Shown here piece by piece: positions 34,480 to 43,708 of a DNA stretch of 64,000 nt (the first letter of the stretch is position 1; every line of letters begins with the position of its first letter). Origin of the DNA: an uncultured Gemmatimonadota bacterium (GTDB taxonomy: Bacteria > Gemmatimonadota > Gemmatimonadetes > Palauibacterales > Palauibacteraceae); assembly GCA_964510615.1 (NCBI GenBank), contig CAZEBA010000015.1, positions 4,588-68,587 of the forward strand. Direction: 5' to 3'. A model generated the notes under the pieces. That model saw only the letters and a program-made list of their open reading frames with translations. It was not told the origin of the DNA and did no database searches. Both the position numbers and the translations under genes were made by a program.

Positions 34480-34594
34480 GAGCAGGTCGTGGCGCTCGTG
34501 CCCGCGACCGACGCCGTCGGCCACGGCGTATAGACGTTCGCAGCGATGCCGGATGTTGTTGCGCACCCCGTGGGACGGCGCATCGCTCCAAGCA

Positions 34595-37500
34595 TCACTC
34601 GGGACGTTTCGGCACCTTACAACTCAGGGTGGCGAGCCCGCCCAGCATCTGTCCCATCATGGCCCGGCCCTCGCGCAGTTCCTGAAGCCCGAACGCGCCA
34701 TGCGCCGCTTCTTCCGGGCTCATGGCGCTGCGGAGCGCTTCCTCGAGCTGCGCTTGCTGCTCCGGGGTGATCGTCCCCGGGGGCAGCGCGCGCATCCGGT
34801 CCAAGAGCTGGTCCATGTTGTCCAAGTAGTCCATCGGATTTGCCAATGGAGCTTGGCCCTCGTCCGGCTTGCCGACGATCACGAACTCGGCGCTGAACGG
34901 TGCGAGCCTGACCACTTCTGTCATGGGGTCGATGACGCGGACCTGTCCCGATGCCGTTCCGGCGGCGACACCACTGCTGCTCTTGAACAGGGTGATGGAC
35001 ATCGGAGGCTTGGGCTCCTTGTACCTTTCATAGGAACCGTACGTCTCGTGAATCGAAGCCCCCATGTTGCCCATCACCCGGTCCCCATACTTCGAGGTTC
35101 TGCCTCCTCCAACATGCTGTCCGTTGGCCCGGGCCAGGTTGAATGAGAATCCGCCGGGCATGAAGAGGAAGCTCGCCTCGTCACCTTCCTCGGAACGGAA
35201 GGCCTTGCCGTCGAACGTGACCAGCCACGAGCAGCCCGCGACACGGACCGAGGCCTCATCCTCGCCGCACGAGTTGGCGTCACCGCCCATGATGGCGGCC
35301 TGCACCATGTAGCTGCCCTCCTCCCTGGGCGCCCTGTAGGCCCCCGACCGGCTGTCGATCTTCCCCGGCGTCTCGGCCGTCCACTGGACTTCGGGTGACC
35401 CGTCTGCCCGATAGGCGAACTGGAACGGCTCGCCGGGCGCCAACACAACCTCATCCGGCACGATTGCGAGCTGGGCCGGACCCTCCACTGTGACCTTCGC
35501 CCGGCCGACTCGGGGCGGCTCGCCGCCCTCGCGTGGTCCCGTGCGCGCCATGCTCTCCGCCTCGATCGCGAAATCCTGCTCGCATCTGCCGTCGTCGAGC
35601 TTCTCCGGCGCCGTCCAACGGTAGAGGTTCTCACCGAACGCCGAGCCTCCGCCACCCTCGCGTCGCCACTCGACCTTCTTGTCCTTCGCGTTGCGCACCG
35701 TGGCCTCGAACGCCGTCTGGCTACCTACCTGGAGGCGCAATCCCTGCGGCTGGACCTCCACCTCGATCGCCCTTACCAGCAGGTCCTTGTCCCCCCAGGC
35801 GGGGACGCTGCCGAAACGCTGCTTGTTGGTCTCGATCACCAGCCAGCACTGGCCGGCCGCGGCCGCTCGATAGGGCTGCGAGTCTTCGCCACCGATCTCC
35901 GCACAGCTGCCGGAGATTCGTGCCCTGACAAGCTTCCTGTCGTTTCCGAGCAGGATCGGACCCCACATGTAAGGCCCGAACTGCTTCTTGAGGGGACCCT
36001 CTTCGATGGCCTTCATCAATTTCTGGGTAGCGGACTTCTTGAGCAGGCCTTCCACCTTCTTGTCAAGCTTGTCGAGCTTGTAACTCCGATCTTTGGCTGA
36101 ACCGGGCTTTGGGTTGGCGAGCAGAAAACCAACCCGCCTGTCCTGCCATTTCCAATCCGGAGCAGCTTCCAATTCCGTCTGTGCCCGCCGTGCAAACCCC
36201 GCCTCGACTTGCGCGTCCAGTCGATCCATCCACTGTGGATCGTTTTGCTTCTGCGCCAACATCTGGTCCTTGAGCGAGGGAGCGGGAGCAGGGCTCAAGC
36301 CCTTCAACCACTTGATGAGCGACGACATCTGCTGGATGGCCTTGATGATGTCTGTAGGATCGAGGGTCATGCTGTCGCTGCGGGCGACGGCCCAGGCCTT
36401 CCAGCTGCTCGTACGGTCATCATCCTCGAAGAATTCGTCGCGCTCCGCCCACACCTCGAGCGGATCCAGCCGGGACGGGAGGAGATAGAGGTTCGACTCG
36501 AGAGCGACATCGAGCACGTAGTTGGCCACCCCGATGACCGCCAGGTGCGGAACCATGCCCAGATACGTGACCGTCTTGGCCCTCGCGTCCTTGCCCGCAA
36601 CCCCTTGCAGTTCTCTCTGCAGCATGCCCCGTCGGGCCATGTAGCGATCGAGCTCGTCGACCGTGTTGATCTCCACCCGCGAGTAGACCGGGTTGGCCAG
36701 CGCCGTCGCTATCGCATCGATCTGCTCCTCCACCTCGTCCAACAGCCCGCTCGAGTCTTGCGACAGCTTCTCTTGCGGCAAGGTCTCCGCCCCTCGCGCG
36801 TCGGCGAGATCAGCGGCGAGCACACGAATCACGTCGTGGGCCGACCTCGTCAACGCGACCGCGATCGAAAGGTGCGCCAGACCGGAAGTCTTTCGGCGTG
36901 CATCGACTTCGAGAGCGAGAGGCGTCGGCTTCCGCGAAGCCGTTGCCGCCTCCTTGTCATTCTTGTCGGCCCCAGCGTCCTCCCCCGGCCAGGGGATCGG
37001 ACTCTCCGTCAGCTGCGCGGTCGCCGCCTCGATCGTCTCCATGGCCTCCGGAAGCGATGTCACCGCCAGCAGACGATCCGTCTCATCGAGCCAACCGTCA
37101 TCGAGCTCCGACATGTCGGCGACAAGCTGGAGAAGAGAGGGCTCCGCCTCCGTGCCCTCGAGCAACGAGTACGCGATGGCAGGCAGCAGGAGCTGTACGG
37201 GCAGGACAGCCGAGTTCTCGCCGAGGACTCCCAATACGTCTTCGACCGACGTGCCCCACGATTCGACCAGGTTCCGACTCACACGAGCGGCGCCCGCCAC
37301 GAACTCACGCGTGGTGCCCGGAGCCGCGGGGGCGGGCAGGACGGTCAGCTCGAGAGGCCGCGAGGAGACCTCCAGGACTGTCAGGTCCAGGACCCCGCCA
37401 TCCGCGATGGACGGGTGGACTGGAATGAGCGTCGTGAAACGGCCATTCGGATCGCGTTGCACGACTACTTCGAGGGAGAGCCCGGCCCACTCCTCCTCCG

Positions 37501-37702
37501 CCGGAGTGTACGCGAGCGTGACGACTTCGAGATCCTCTGGGATTCCTTCGATCGTGAAGGCGTGGGTCGGAAAACCCGCGTCCGGCTGGATCGCGAGCCG
37601 AGGCTCGCCGTCGCCACAGCCGAGGGCTGCAAGACAGAACAGAGCCGTACGACAATAGGTGGACGGGAGGATCAGGCCCCGTCGGCCACGGGCACGTCGC
37701 AT
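34595..37702 (-). CDS. large (1035 aa) uncharacterised lipoprotein with Ig-like (Big_2-like) repeats
   Basis: The N-terminus has a lipobox (RTALFCLAALGC). Two Ig-like segments are present (VEVQPQGLRLQVGSQTAFEATVRNAKDKKVEW and AIVPDEVVLAPGEPFQFAYRADGSPEVQWTA). No catalytic motif was recognised. The antisense ORFs are Arg/Pro junk. Confidence 0.75.
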   Translation of the reverse strand: MRRARGRRGLILPSTYCRTALFCLAALGCGDGEPRLAIQPDAGFPTHAFTIEGIPEDLEVVTLAYTPAEEEWAGLSLEVVVQRDPNGRFTTLIPVHPSIADGGVLDLTVLEVSSRPLELTVLPAPAAPGTTREFVAGAARVSRNLVESWGTSVEDVLGVLGENSAVLPVQLLLPAIAYSLLEGTEAEPSLLQLVADMSELDDGWLDETDRLLAVTSLPEAMETIEAATAQLTESPIPWPGEDAGADKNDKEAATASRKPTPLALEVDARRKTSGLAHLSIAVALTRSAHDVIRVLAADLADARGAETLPQEKLSQDSSGLLDEVEEQIDAIATALANPVYSRVEINTVDELDRYMARRGMLQRELQGVAGKDARAKTVTYLGMVPHLAVIGVANYVLDVALESNLYLLPSRLDPLEVWAERDEFFEDDDRTSSWKAWAVARSDSMTLDPTDIIKAIQQMSSLIKWLKGLSPAPAPSLKDQMLAQKQNDPQWMDRLDAQVEAGFARRAQTELEAAPDWKWQDRRVGFLLANPKPGSAKDRSYKLDKLDKKVEGLLKKSATQKLMKAIEEGPLKKQFGPYMWGPILLGNDRKLVRARISGSCAEIGGEDSQPYRAAAAGQCWLVIETNKQRFGSVPAWGDKDLLVRAIEVEVQPQGLRLQVGSQTAFEATVRNAKDKKVEWRREGGGGSAFGENLYRWTAPEKLDDGRCEQDFAIEAESMARTGPREGGEPPRVGRAKVTVEGPAQLAIVPDEVVLAPGEPFQFAYRADGSPEVQWTAETPGKIDSRSGAYRAPREEGSYMVQAAIMGGDANSCGEDEASVRVAGCSWLVTFDGKAFRSEEGDEASFLFMPGGFSFNLARANGQHVGGGRTSKYGDRVMGNMGASIHETYGSYERYKEPKPPMSITLFKSSSGVAAGTASGQVRVIDPMTEVVRLAPFSAEFVIVGKPDEGQAPLANPMDYLDNMDQLLDRMRALPPGTITPEQQAQLEEALRSAMSPEEAAHGAFGLQELREGRAMMGQMLGGLATLSCKVPKRPE

Positions 37703-37781
37703 CGCTCGAACCGCTCCTGTTCGGGCTCCTGGGCTAGATAGACCGTGGATCGTCCTCCCCGGGTCGTCCTCCGAGACGGAC

Positions 37782-39128
37782 CTAGATCTTGACCAGCTCC
37801 ACCCGCCGGTTCTGCTGCCGCCCCTCGGGCGTGTCGTTGGTGTCGACCGGCTGGCTGGGCCCCAGCCCCATCGTGCGCATGCGCTCGGGATCGATGCCGA
37901 AGTTCTCGACCAGGTACGCCTTCACCGATGCCGCGCGGTCGGCCGAGAGCTCCATGTTCCAGTCGAACTCGCCCTCGTTGTCGGTGTGGCCCTCGACCAG
38001 GAGGCTCAGCTCCGGGTGCTCCTGCATCATCGTGCCGATCTGCTCGAGAACCGGTGCCGATTCGGGCCGGATCGTGGCGGAGTTGGTGTCGAACAGGATG
38101 TCGCGGATCGCGACGCGGCCGTCGGCGTCCAGCGCGTCGTACAGGTCGCGGCCGCCCGCCGCGATCCGGATGTCCGTCAGGTAGATCAGCTTTTCGGGAG
38201 GCCTGGACTGCATGAAGAAGTAGATCTTGTCGCTGCGGGGCAGCTCGGCCTGCGGGACGTTGGCGACGCGGTTCTCGCCGATGAACATCTTGGCGTGGGC
38301 GCCATCCACCATGATGCGGACGGGCACGATCCGCTCGGTCGAGCTCATGTCCACCGTGGTCGAGACCTGCTCGTTGTTCCTCCCCGTCCACACGCCCGAG
38401 CCGTGCTGGTGGCCGGCCCGGAACACGTGCGCGTCGTAGTAGGTGGACCAGGTGAAGCCGCGATTGGGAGGATCGCTCAGGGCGATGCCGACTCCGTAGA
38501 ACCCGGCGGCATCGTACAAGTCGAACTCGATCGTGAACTGTTCGGGCAGCCTCTCGGGAAGCGGAACGGCGAAGGCGCTGTACTTCGAATCGGTCTGCAG
38601 GAACCTCCGGTCCTCCCACTCGATCACCTGCAGGTTGCCCTCGACCAGCTCCAGCTCACGCGGGAAATCGCCCAGGATTTCCGCCGCGAAGTCCGACACG
38701 AAGAGCTCTCGCTCCCCCGGCTCGAAGTCGTAGGTGGATGCGACGCCTCCCGGCACGGCCGATTGGTCCCCCCCCGGGCCGGGCACGCCCGCCGCACCCG
38801 CTCCGGGCCCACCTCCGCCCGGAAGCTGGGAGGGATCGGTAATCGGGCTTCCCTCCTCGTCGGTGAGCACGTTGCCCTCGGCATCCGTGAGGACGACCGG
38901 TTCGCCCGCTTCCTGCGCCTCGCGAATGCACTCGAGGTTGTCGAAGACGCAGTGCACCGCGTCGGCGGCGAGCTGCTCCACCTCGCTCCTCATCGCCTGG
39001 TTGGCACCTCTCGCCGCAGCGTCCTTCAGGTCCTTCACCCCAGGGATCTGGGCAGCGCCACTCGCCGGCAACCCCAGCCCGGCCAGGCAGACAAGTAAGA
39101 GCAACGACAGGCGGATTCTACCGCGCAT
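37782..39128 (-). CDS. OmpA-family protein with N-terminal jelly-roll/LamG-like region
   Basis: 448 aa. It has a signal peptide (LLLLVCLAGLGLPASGAAQ) and a C-terminal OmpA_C domain ILFDTNSATIRPES...LLVEGHTDNEG....N..LS..RA.SV..YL......R....G.G...P......PEGRQQNRRVEL. Confidence 0.9.
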   Translation of the reverse strand: MRGRIRLSLLLLVCLAGLGLPASGAAQIPGVKDLKDAAARGANQAMRSEVEQLAADAVHCVFDNLECIREAQEAGEPVVLTDAEGNVLTDEEGSPITDPSQLPGGGGPGAGAAGVPGPGGDQSAVPGGVASTYDFEPGERELFVSDFAAEILGDFPRELELVEGNLQVIEWEDRRFLQTDSKYSAFAVPLPERLPEQFTIEFDLYDAAGFYGVGIALSDPPNRGFTWSTYYDAHVFRAGHQHGSGVWTGRNNEQVSTTVDMSSTERIVPVRIMVDGAHAKMFIGENRVANVPQAELPRSDKIYFFMQSRPPEKLIYLTDIRIAAGGRDLYDALDADGRVAIRDILFDTNSATIRPESAPVLEQIGTMMQEHPELSLLVEGHTDNEGEFDWNMELSADRAASVKAYLVENFGIDPERMRTMGLGPSQPVDTNDTPEGRQQNRRVELVKI

Positions 39129-39193
39129 TTCGACCTCCTTCGGGCTTCAGGCTGTTCCTCTTTCAGAGACCTTCCCCTCTTCCGGGCTCCCGC

Positions 39194-39721
39194 TCACGGT
39201 GAGGCCTCGGAAGGGCGCTCTTCCTCTTCCCCGCTGCCGCAGCTCGCCGTCAGCGTACCGGGCTGACCCTCCTCGTCGGTGTCGGGCCCGATGAAGAGGC
39301 CGGCCGCCCGGACTGTCGAGCCGTCGAACTCGAGCAGCGGCCCCCCGGCCGGCAGGCCCTCACCCGGTCCGCAGGCGAGCGTGAACGCCGTGCAGCGTTT
39401 CCAACCTTCCTCATCGCGAAAGTACGAAGCGCCGTGTGCCTGCGGGTTGTTCAAGGTGACGGACTCCTCCACCCTTCCCTCCTTCAACTCGTTTCTCATG
39501 ACCATCACCGTATACATCTGCCCCGCAGCGGATTGGCCTGTCCCGCTCAGCAGGTAGGCGCCCGGTATCTGCTCGCCACAGATCTGGACCTCGAAGTCGT
39601 AGGCGACGCCTCCGAGCTTGAGCGAGCCGTGACCGCCCATCTCTACCTGCGCCGCCGCCGGCCGTCCCACGGCCACGACCAGCAACAGACTACTCATGCC
39701 CATGTGGGCCAGCCGGCTCAT
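39194..39721 (-). CDS. hypothetical secreted protein
   Basis: Track ORF 39194..39778. The ATG at 39721 has a GGAGG SD and gives MSRLAHMGMSSLLLVVAVGRPAAAQ (signal peptide). Confidence 0.55.
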   Translation of the reverse strand: MSRLAHMGMSSLLLVVAVGRPAAAQVEMGGHGSLKLGGVAYDFEVQICGEQIPGAYLLSGTGQSAAGQMYTVMVMRNELKEGRVEESVTLNNPQAHGASYFRDEEGWKRCTAFTLACGPGEGLPAGGPLLEFDGSTVRAAGLFIGPDTDEEGQPGTLTASCGSGEEEERPSEASP

Positions 39722-39824
39722 GGGTGCCTCCGCGTGCAGCCTACACACTCCTGGACCCGATCTTCTCCTGTAGCGCAAAAAGCCAGCGGTTTCCGCCAGC
39801 TCGATTCCATCGACGTCCTCCGCG

Positions 39825-39854
39825 ATGACAGCGTCGCGGCTGGCGACCTATATT
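39825..39854 (+). promoter_or_regulatory. sigma70-like promoter ATGACA-N18-TATATT, predicted leaderless transcript for the ECF sigma gene
   Basis: The -35-like ATGACA lies at 39825..39830 and the -10-like TATATT at 39849..39854. The ATG at 39863 is 8 nt after the -10 element, and no SD lies between them. Confidence 0.4.
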
Positions 39855-39862
39855 CGTCGGGC

Positions 39863-40453
39863 ATGATGTCGCGGGAAGGTCACGAGGTAACCCAACTTCT
39901 CGCCCAATGGCGAGCCGGGGACCGGGACGCGCTGGACCGGCTCATCCCGCTCGTGTACGACGACCTCAGGCGGATCGCCCGACTCCATCTGAGCCGGGAG
40001 CGACCGGATCACACCCTCGACACCTCCGCTCTCGTCCACGAGTCCTACCTCCAGCTCGTCGGCCGGCAGGACGCCGACTGGCAGAACCGGGCGCATTTTT
40101 TTGCCGTCGCCTCTACCGCGATGCGTCACATCCTCGTCGACTACGCCCGGCGGAAGCGGGCAAGCAAGCGAGGAGGAGGCGACCGGGTTCGGGTGAGACT
40201 CGAGGACGTGGGGCCAGCCGCGGACCCGCTCGCTGATCCGCTCACGGACCGTCACGCCGAAGACCTGATCCTCCTCGACCAGGTGCTGACCCGCCTCGGG
40301 GAGCGGGATCCTCGACTCGTGCAGGTGGTCGAATGCCGGTACTTCGGCGGCATGCCCGTGCGTGACACGGCGGAAGCGCTCGGAGTCTCCACCCGGACCG
40401 TCGAGCGCGACTGGACCCGGGCGAAGGCGTACCTCTACCAGGCTCTGGGATGA
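39863..40453 (+). CDS. ECF-type RNA polymerase sigma factor (Sigma70_ECF / TIGR02999 type)
   Basis: This is the 3' part of track ORF 39434..40453. The product MMSREGHEVTQLLAQWRAGDRDALDRLIPLVYDDLRRIARLHLSRERPDHTLDTSALVHESYLQL...NRAHFFAVASTAMRHILVDYARRK is characteristic of this ECF family. The stop overlaps the kinase start (ATGA at 40450). Confidence 0.85.
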   Translation: MMSREGHEVTQLLAQWRAGDRDALDRLIPLVYDDLRRIARLHLSRERPDHTLDTSALVHESYLQLVGRQDADWQNRAHFFAVASTAMRHILVDYARRKRASKRGGGDRVRVRLEDVGPAADPLADPLTDRHAEDLILLDQVLTRLGERDPRLVQVVECRYFGGMPVRDTAEALGVSTRTVERDWTRAKAYLYQALG

Positions 40454-43170
40454 GCGACTCCGACGAGGGCTGGCACGAGATCGACGCGATCTTCTCGGAG
40501 GCTTTGGAAAGGTCGCCAGGAGAGCGTGCAGCCTTTCTGCGTAACCGCTGCGCAGGTCGAGCCGAGCTGCAGGCGGCCGTACAGGAGCTGCTGGACGCCG
40601 CGGATGCGGCGGACGCCTACCTCGAACGTACGATCGATCCGCTGGCCGGCCCCCTGTGGAGCGAGATCGCCGCCGAACTCGACCGGAGGGCGCCGGACAG
40701 CGCGGAGGGCCGCCGAATCGGGCCCTATCGCCTGCTCCGTGAGCTCGGACGCGGCGGCATGGCCACGGTCTTCCTAGCGGAGAGGGCAGACGGCGAGTTC
40801 GAGCAGCAGGTCGCGCTCAAGCTCATACGGCGGGGCCTCGACACCGAGGACGTCATCCAGCGCTTCCTCGCCGAGCGCCAGATCCTCTCCTCTCTAAACC
40901 ACCCGAACATCGCGTGGCTGCTGGACGGTGGATCGACCGACGACGGCCTGCCCTACCTGGTCATGGAGCACGTGGAAGGCGAGCCGATCACCGCCTATGC
41001 GGACGGGCACCGGCTCACGGTGCGGGAGCGGCTGCGGCTTTTTCTCGATATCGGCGAGGCGGTGCAGTTCGCGCACGGGCGGCTGGTCGTCCACCGCGAC
41101 CTCAAGCCCTCCAACGTTCTGGTCGATGCCGAAGGCCGCGTGAAGCTCCTCGACTTCGGAATCGCCAAGCTGCTCGATGCGGAGGCGGACCCGGCGACAG
41201 CAGCGCGGACGAGGACGGGCCTTCGTCTGCTCACGCCGGAATGGGCGAGCCCCGAGCAGGTCCGAGGAGACCCGGTCACGGTATCATCGGACATCTATCA
41301 GCTCGGCATGCTGCTCTATGTCCTGCTCACGGGACGGCGGCCGTACGACGTTTCCGGCAGGTCCGCCTCGGCGCTCGAGCGCGCGATCACCGAGACGAGC
41401 GCCACGCCGCCGAGCAGGGTCGTCAGCCGTGGCCCGTCGGTCGGGGCGTCCGAGCCGCCGGACCGCACGACCGGCCTGGACGCGGAGGCCACGGTGGCGA
41501 TCGCCGACGCGCGGCGAACCACGCCCGAGAAGCTACGTCGAAGGCTGGCCGGCGATCTGGATACCGTCATCCTCAAGGCGCTCCGCAAGGACCCGGTGCG
41601 GCGTTATGCCAGCGTCGAGCAGCTGCTGGCAGACGTACGCAGCTACCTGAGCGACCGACCGATCTCCGCGCGGCCCGACAGCTGGAGGTACCGAACGCGA
41701 AAGTTTCTGCGCCGGCGACCCTGGGTCGCCCCCACGAGCGCGGCCATCGCGCTTCTGCTCGCCGGTTACCTCATCACCGTCCTCCGCTACTCCGGTCAGA
41801 TGGAGCGCCAGCGCGACATCGCGCGGGACGAGGCGGCCAAGGCGCTCGAGGTTCAGCAGTTCCTCGTGGACCTGTTCCGAAGCCCCGATCCGTACGCTCC
41901 CGCCGACACTTCGCGAGGCCGGGACATCACGGTTCGCGAGGCCCTCTGGATCGGCACAGACCGCGTGCGCCAGGAGCTGGCAGAGCGGCCCGCCGTTCAG
42001 GCAGCCCTGCTCGGCACGGTCTCCGACGTGTACGACAACCTCGATCTGAACCCCGAGGCACGGAGACTCCGGGAGGAGACGCTCGAGATCGAGCGCTCCC
42101 TTTACGGCGATCGGTCGCCGGAGGTCGCGGCCAGCCTGCGCAAGCTCGGTCGCCTGACCAGCCGGGCCAGAGAGGACGACTCGGCCCTGGCTATCCTCGA
42201 GAATCAGCTGGAGCTGGCGCTCGAGGTTCACGGCCCCGAGCACCCGGCGGTCGCCCTCTCCTATCTGGAGCTCGGCCACGTGCTTCAGGCCCTCGGGTCG
42301 TTCGAAGAGGCCGTGACCGCCCTCGAGGAGGCCACCCGGATCCAGCGAAGCCTGACCCCCGCGGACACGGTCGATCTCGTCGCCACCCTCGGCGCGCTGG
42401 GGAGCGTCTATCCCGATGTCGGGCGGCCCGAGGATGCCCTGCGGATCGCCGAGGAAGTCCTCGCGATGTGTCGGTCAGCCTTCGGCGAGGGAGACCTCGA
42501 GACGGCCCTCGCGAGGTTGCGTCTGGCCAGCGCGCTTGACGAGGTAGGGCGGGCAGAGGAGGCGGTCGTTCAGATCGAGCAGGCGATGCCGATCCTGGAA
42601 TCGAGGCTGGGTGAGAGCCACGAGATCACCCTGACGGGCCTCAACAACCTGGCCGTTTCCTATGGTCGGCTCGGCGACTTCGTGGCGGCCGAACGGAGCC
42701 ATCGCGAGGTACTGGAGCGCCGACTCGAGAAGTATGGGCCGAACCAACGGCTCGTAGCCGAGTCGATGCAGAACTTGGCGGCGGTGCTGGGAAGGCAGGG
42801 CAAGTACGCCGAGGCGGCACAGCTTCACCTGGAGGCTTACGAATCCTTCACGGCGGTGCTCCCGCCGGGCCACTACCTGACGGCCTTCCCGCTGCTCTCC
42901 CTCTCCGGCATCCGCCTGTCGCTCGAAGACTTTCGCGGAGCAGAGGAGGCAGCCGGAAGGGCTCTGGCCATTCTCGGCGAGGCCCTGCCCCCGGGACACG
43001 CGGCCACCGCCATGACCGAGTGCCGGCTCGGACGGGCCCTGGCCGGCCTCGGACGGATCTCCGCTGCGGCCGAGCTGTTGCGCTCGGCTCTGGACGACAT
43101 CGGCGAGGGCGCTTCGCTCCCTTCGGAGTACGTGGAAGAGTGCCGTAGCGCGCTAGCAGCCCTCGACTAG
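40450..43170 (+). CDS. Ser/Thr protein kinase with transmembrane segment and C-terminal TPR repeats
   Basis: 906 aa with Hanks kinase motifs (GRGGMATVFLA, VALKLI, HRDLKPSNVLV, DFGIAK, SPEQ), one TM helix (WVAPTSAAIALLLAGYLITVL) and a long TPR region. Confidence 0.9.
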   Translation: MSDSDEGWHEIDAIFSEALERSPGERAAFLRNRCAGRAELQAAVQELLDAADAADAYLERTIDPLAGPLWSEIAAELDRRAPDSAEGRRIGPYRLLRELGRGGMATVFLAERADGEFEQQVALKLIRRGLDTEDVIQRFLAERQILSSLNHPNIAWLLDGGSTDDGLPYLVMEHVEGEPITAYADGHRLTVRERLRLFLDIGEAVQFAHGRLVVHRDLKPSNVLVDAEGRVKLLDFGIAKLLDAEADPATAARTRTGLRLLTPEWASPEQVRGDPVTVSSDIYQLGMLLYVLLTGRRPYDVSGRSASALERAITETSATPPSRVVSRGPSVGASEPPDRTTGLDAEATVAIADARRTTPEKLRRRLAGDLDTVILKALRKDPVRRYASVEQLLADVRSYLSDRPISARPDSWRYRTRKFLRRRPWVAPTSAAIALLLAGYLITVLRYSGQMERQRDIARDEAAKALEVQQFLVDLFRSPDPYAPADTSRGRDITVREALWIGTDRVRQELAERPAVQAALLGTVSDVYDNLDLNPEARRLREETLEIERSLYGDRSPEVAASLRKLGRLTSRAREDDSALAILENQLELALEVHGPEHPAVALSYLELGHVLQALGSFEEAVTALEEATRIQRSLTPADTVDLVATLGALGSVYPDVGRPEDALRIAEEVLAMCRSAFGEGDLETALARLRLASALDEVGRAEEAVVQIEQAMPILESRLGESHEITLTGLNNLAVSYGRLGDFVAAERSHREVLERRLEKYGPNQRLVAESMQNLAAVLGRQGKYAEAAQLHLEAYESFTAVLPPGHYLTAFPLLSLSGIRLSLEDFRGAEEAAGRALAILGEALPPGHAATAMTECRLGRALAGLGRISAAAELLRSALDDIGEGASLPSEYVEECRSALAALD

Positions 43171-43205
43171 TCGCGCCGACACCCTCCGTTCCCGGCGGAC
43201 CTCGC

Positions 43206-43625
43206 CTATCCACCGTCGACGGGCTCGAGCGTGACGTCGAATTCGAGGGGCTCTCCGGTGAAGCGGACGGCTCGCTCCACCGTGCGAAAGCCGTCCCTCA
43301 CCACGCGTATCCTACCCTCGGTATAGCGCCGCGTGACATCGCCATAGGCACCGCCTCCGACCACCGTGGCCTGCGGCTCCTTCAGGCGGAACTCGTAGTC
43401 GATCGGAGCGGTCCCGAGCGAGTAGTAGGCGTCCTGGAAGGTCGGGATGTCGAGCGAGCCGTAGAATCCGGCGACGGCGGCGGTGACCTCCATCACGCCG
43501 CTGCGCTGCAGATAGACCTCGGCGCCCGCGGGGAGCGTCGTGACGGTGACCCGCTGGTAGCTGGGCGCGCAGGCAGCGAGCGCGAAGGCGGAGAGCAGAG
43601 CCGCAGAGCCGTTCCTGGCAGACAT
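43206..43625 (-). CDS. small lipoprotein, PEGA-like domain
   Basis: 139 aa. The lipobox is LSAFALAAC, and TTLPAGAEVYL matches a PEGA-type motif. Confidence 0.55.
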   Translation of the reverse strand: MSARNGSAALLSAFALAACAPSYQRVTVTTLPAGAEVYLQRSGVMEVTAAVAGFYGSLDIPTFQDAYYSLGTAPIDYEFRLKEPQATVVGGGAYGDVTRRYTEGRIRVVRDGFRTVERAVRFTGEPLEFDVTLEPVDGG

Positions 43626-43708
43626 GTGCCTCCCTCCTGCGAGAGGTCCATATCGATTCGCGCTATCTACCAGGTAGACCTAGCGATCCGCTCCCGCGTC
43701 ACGCGCAG

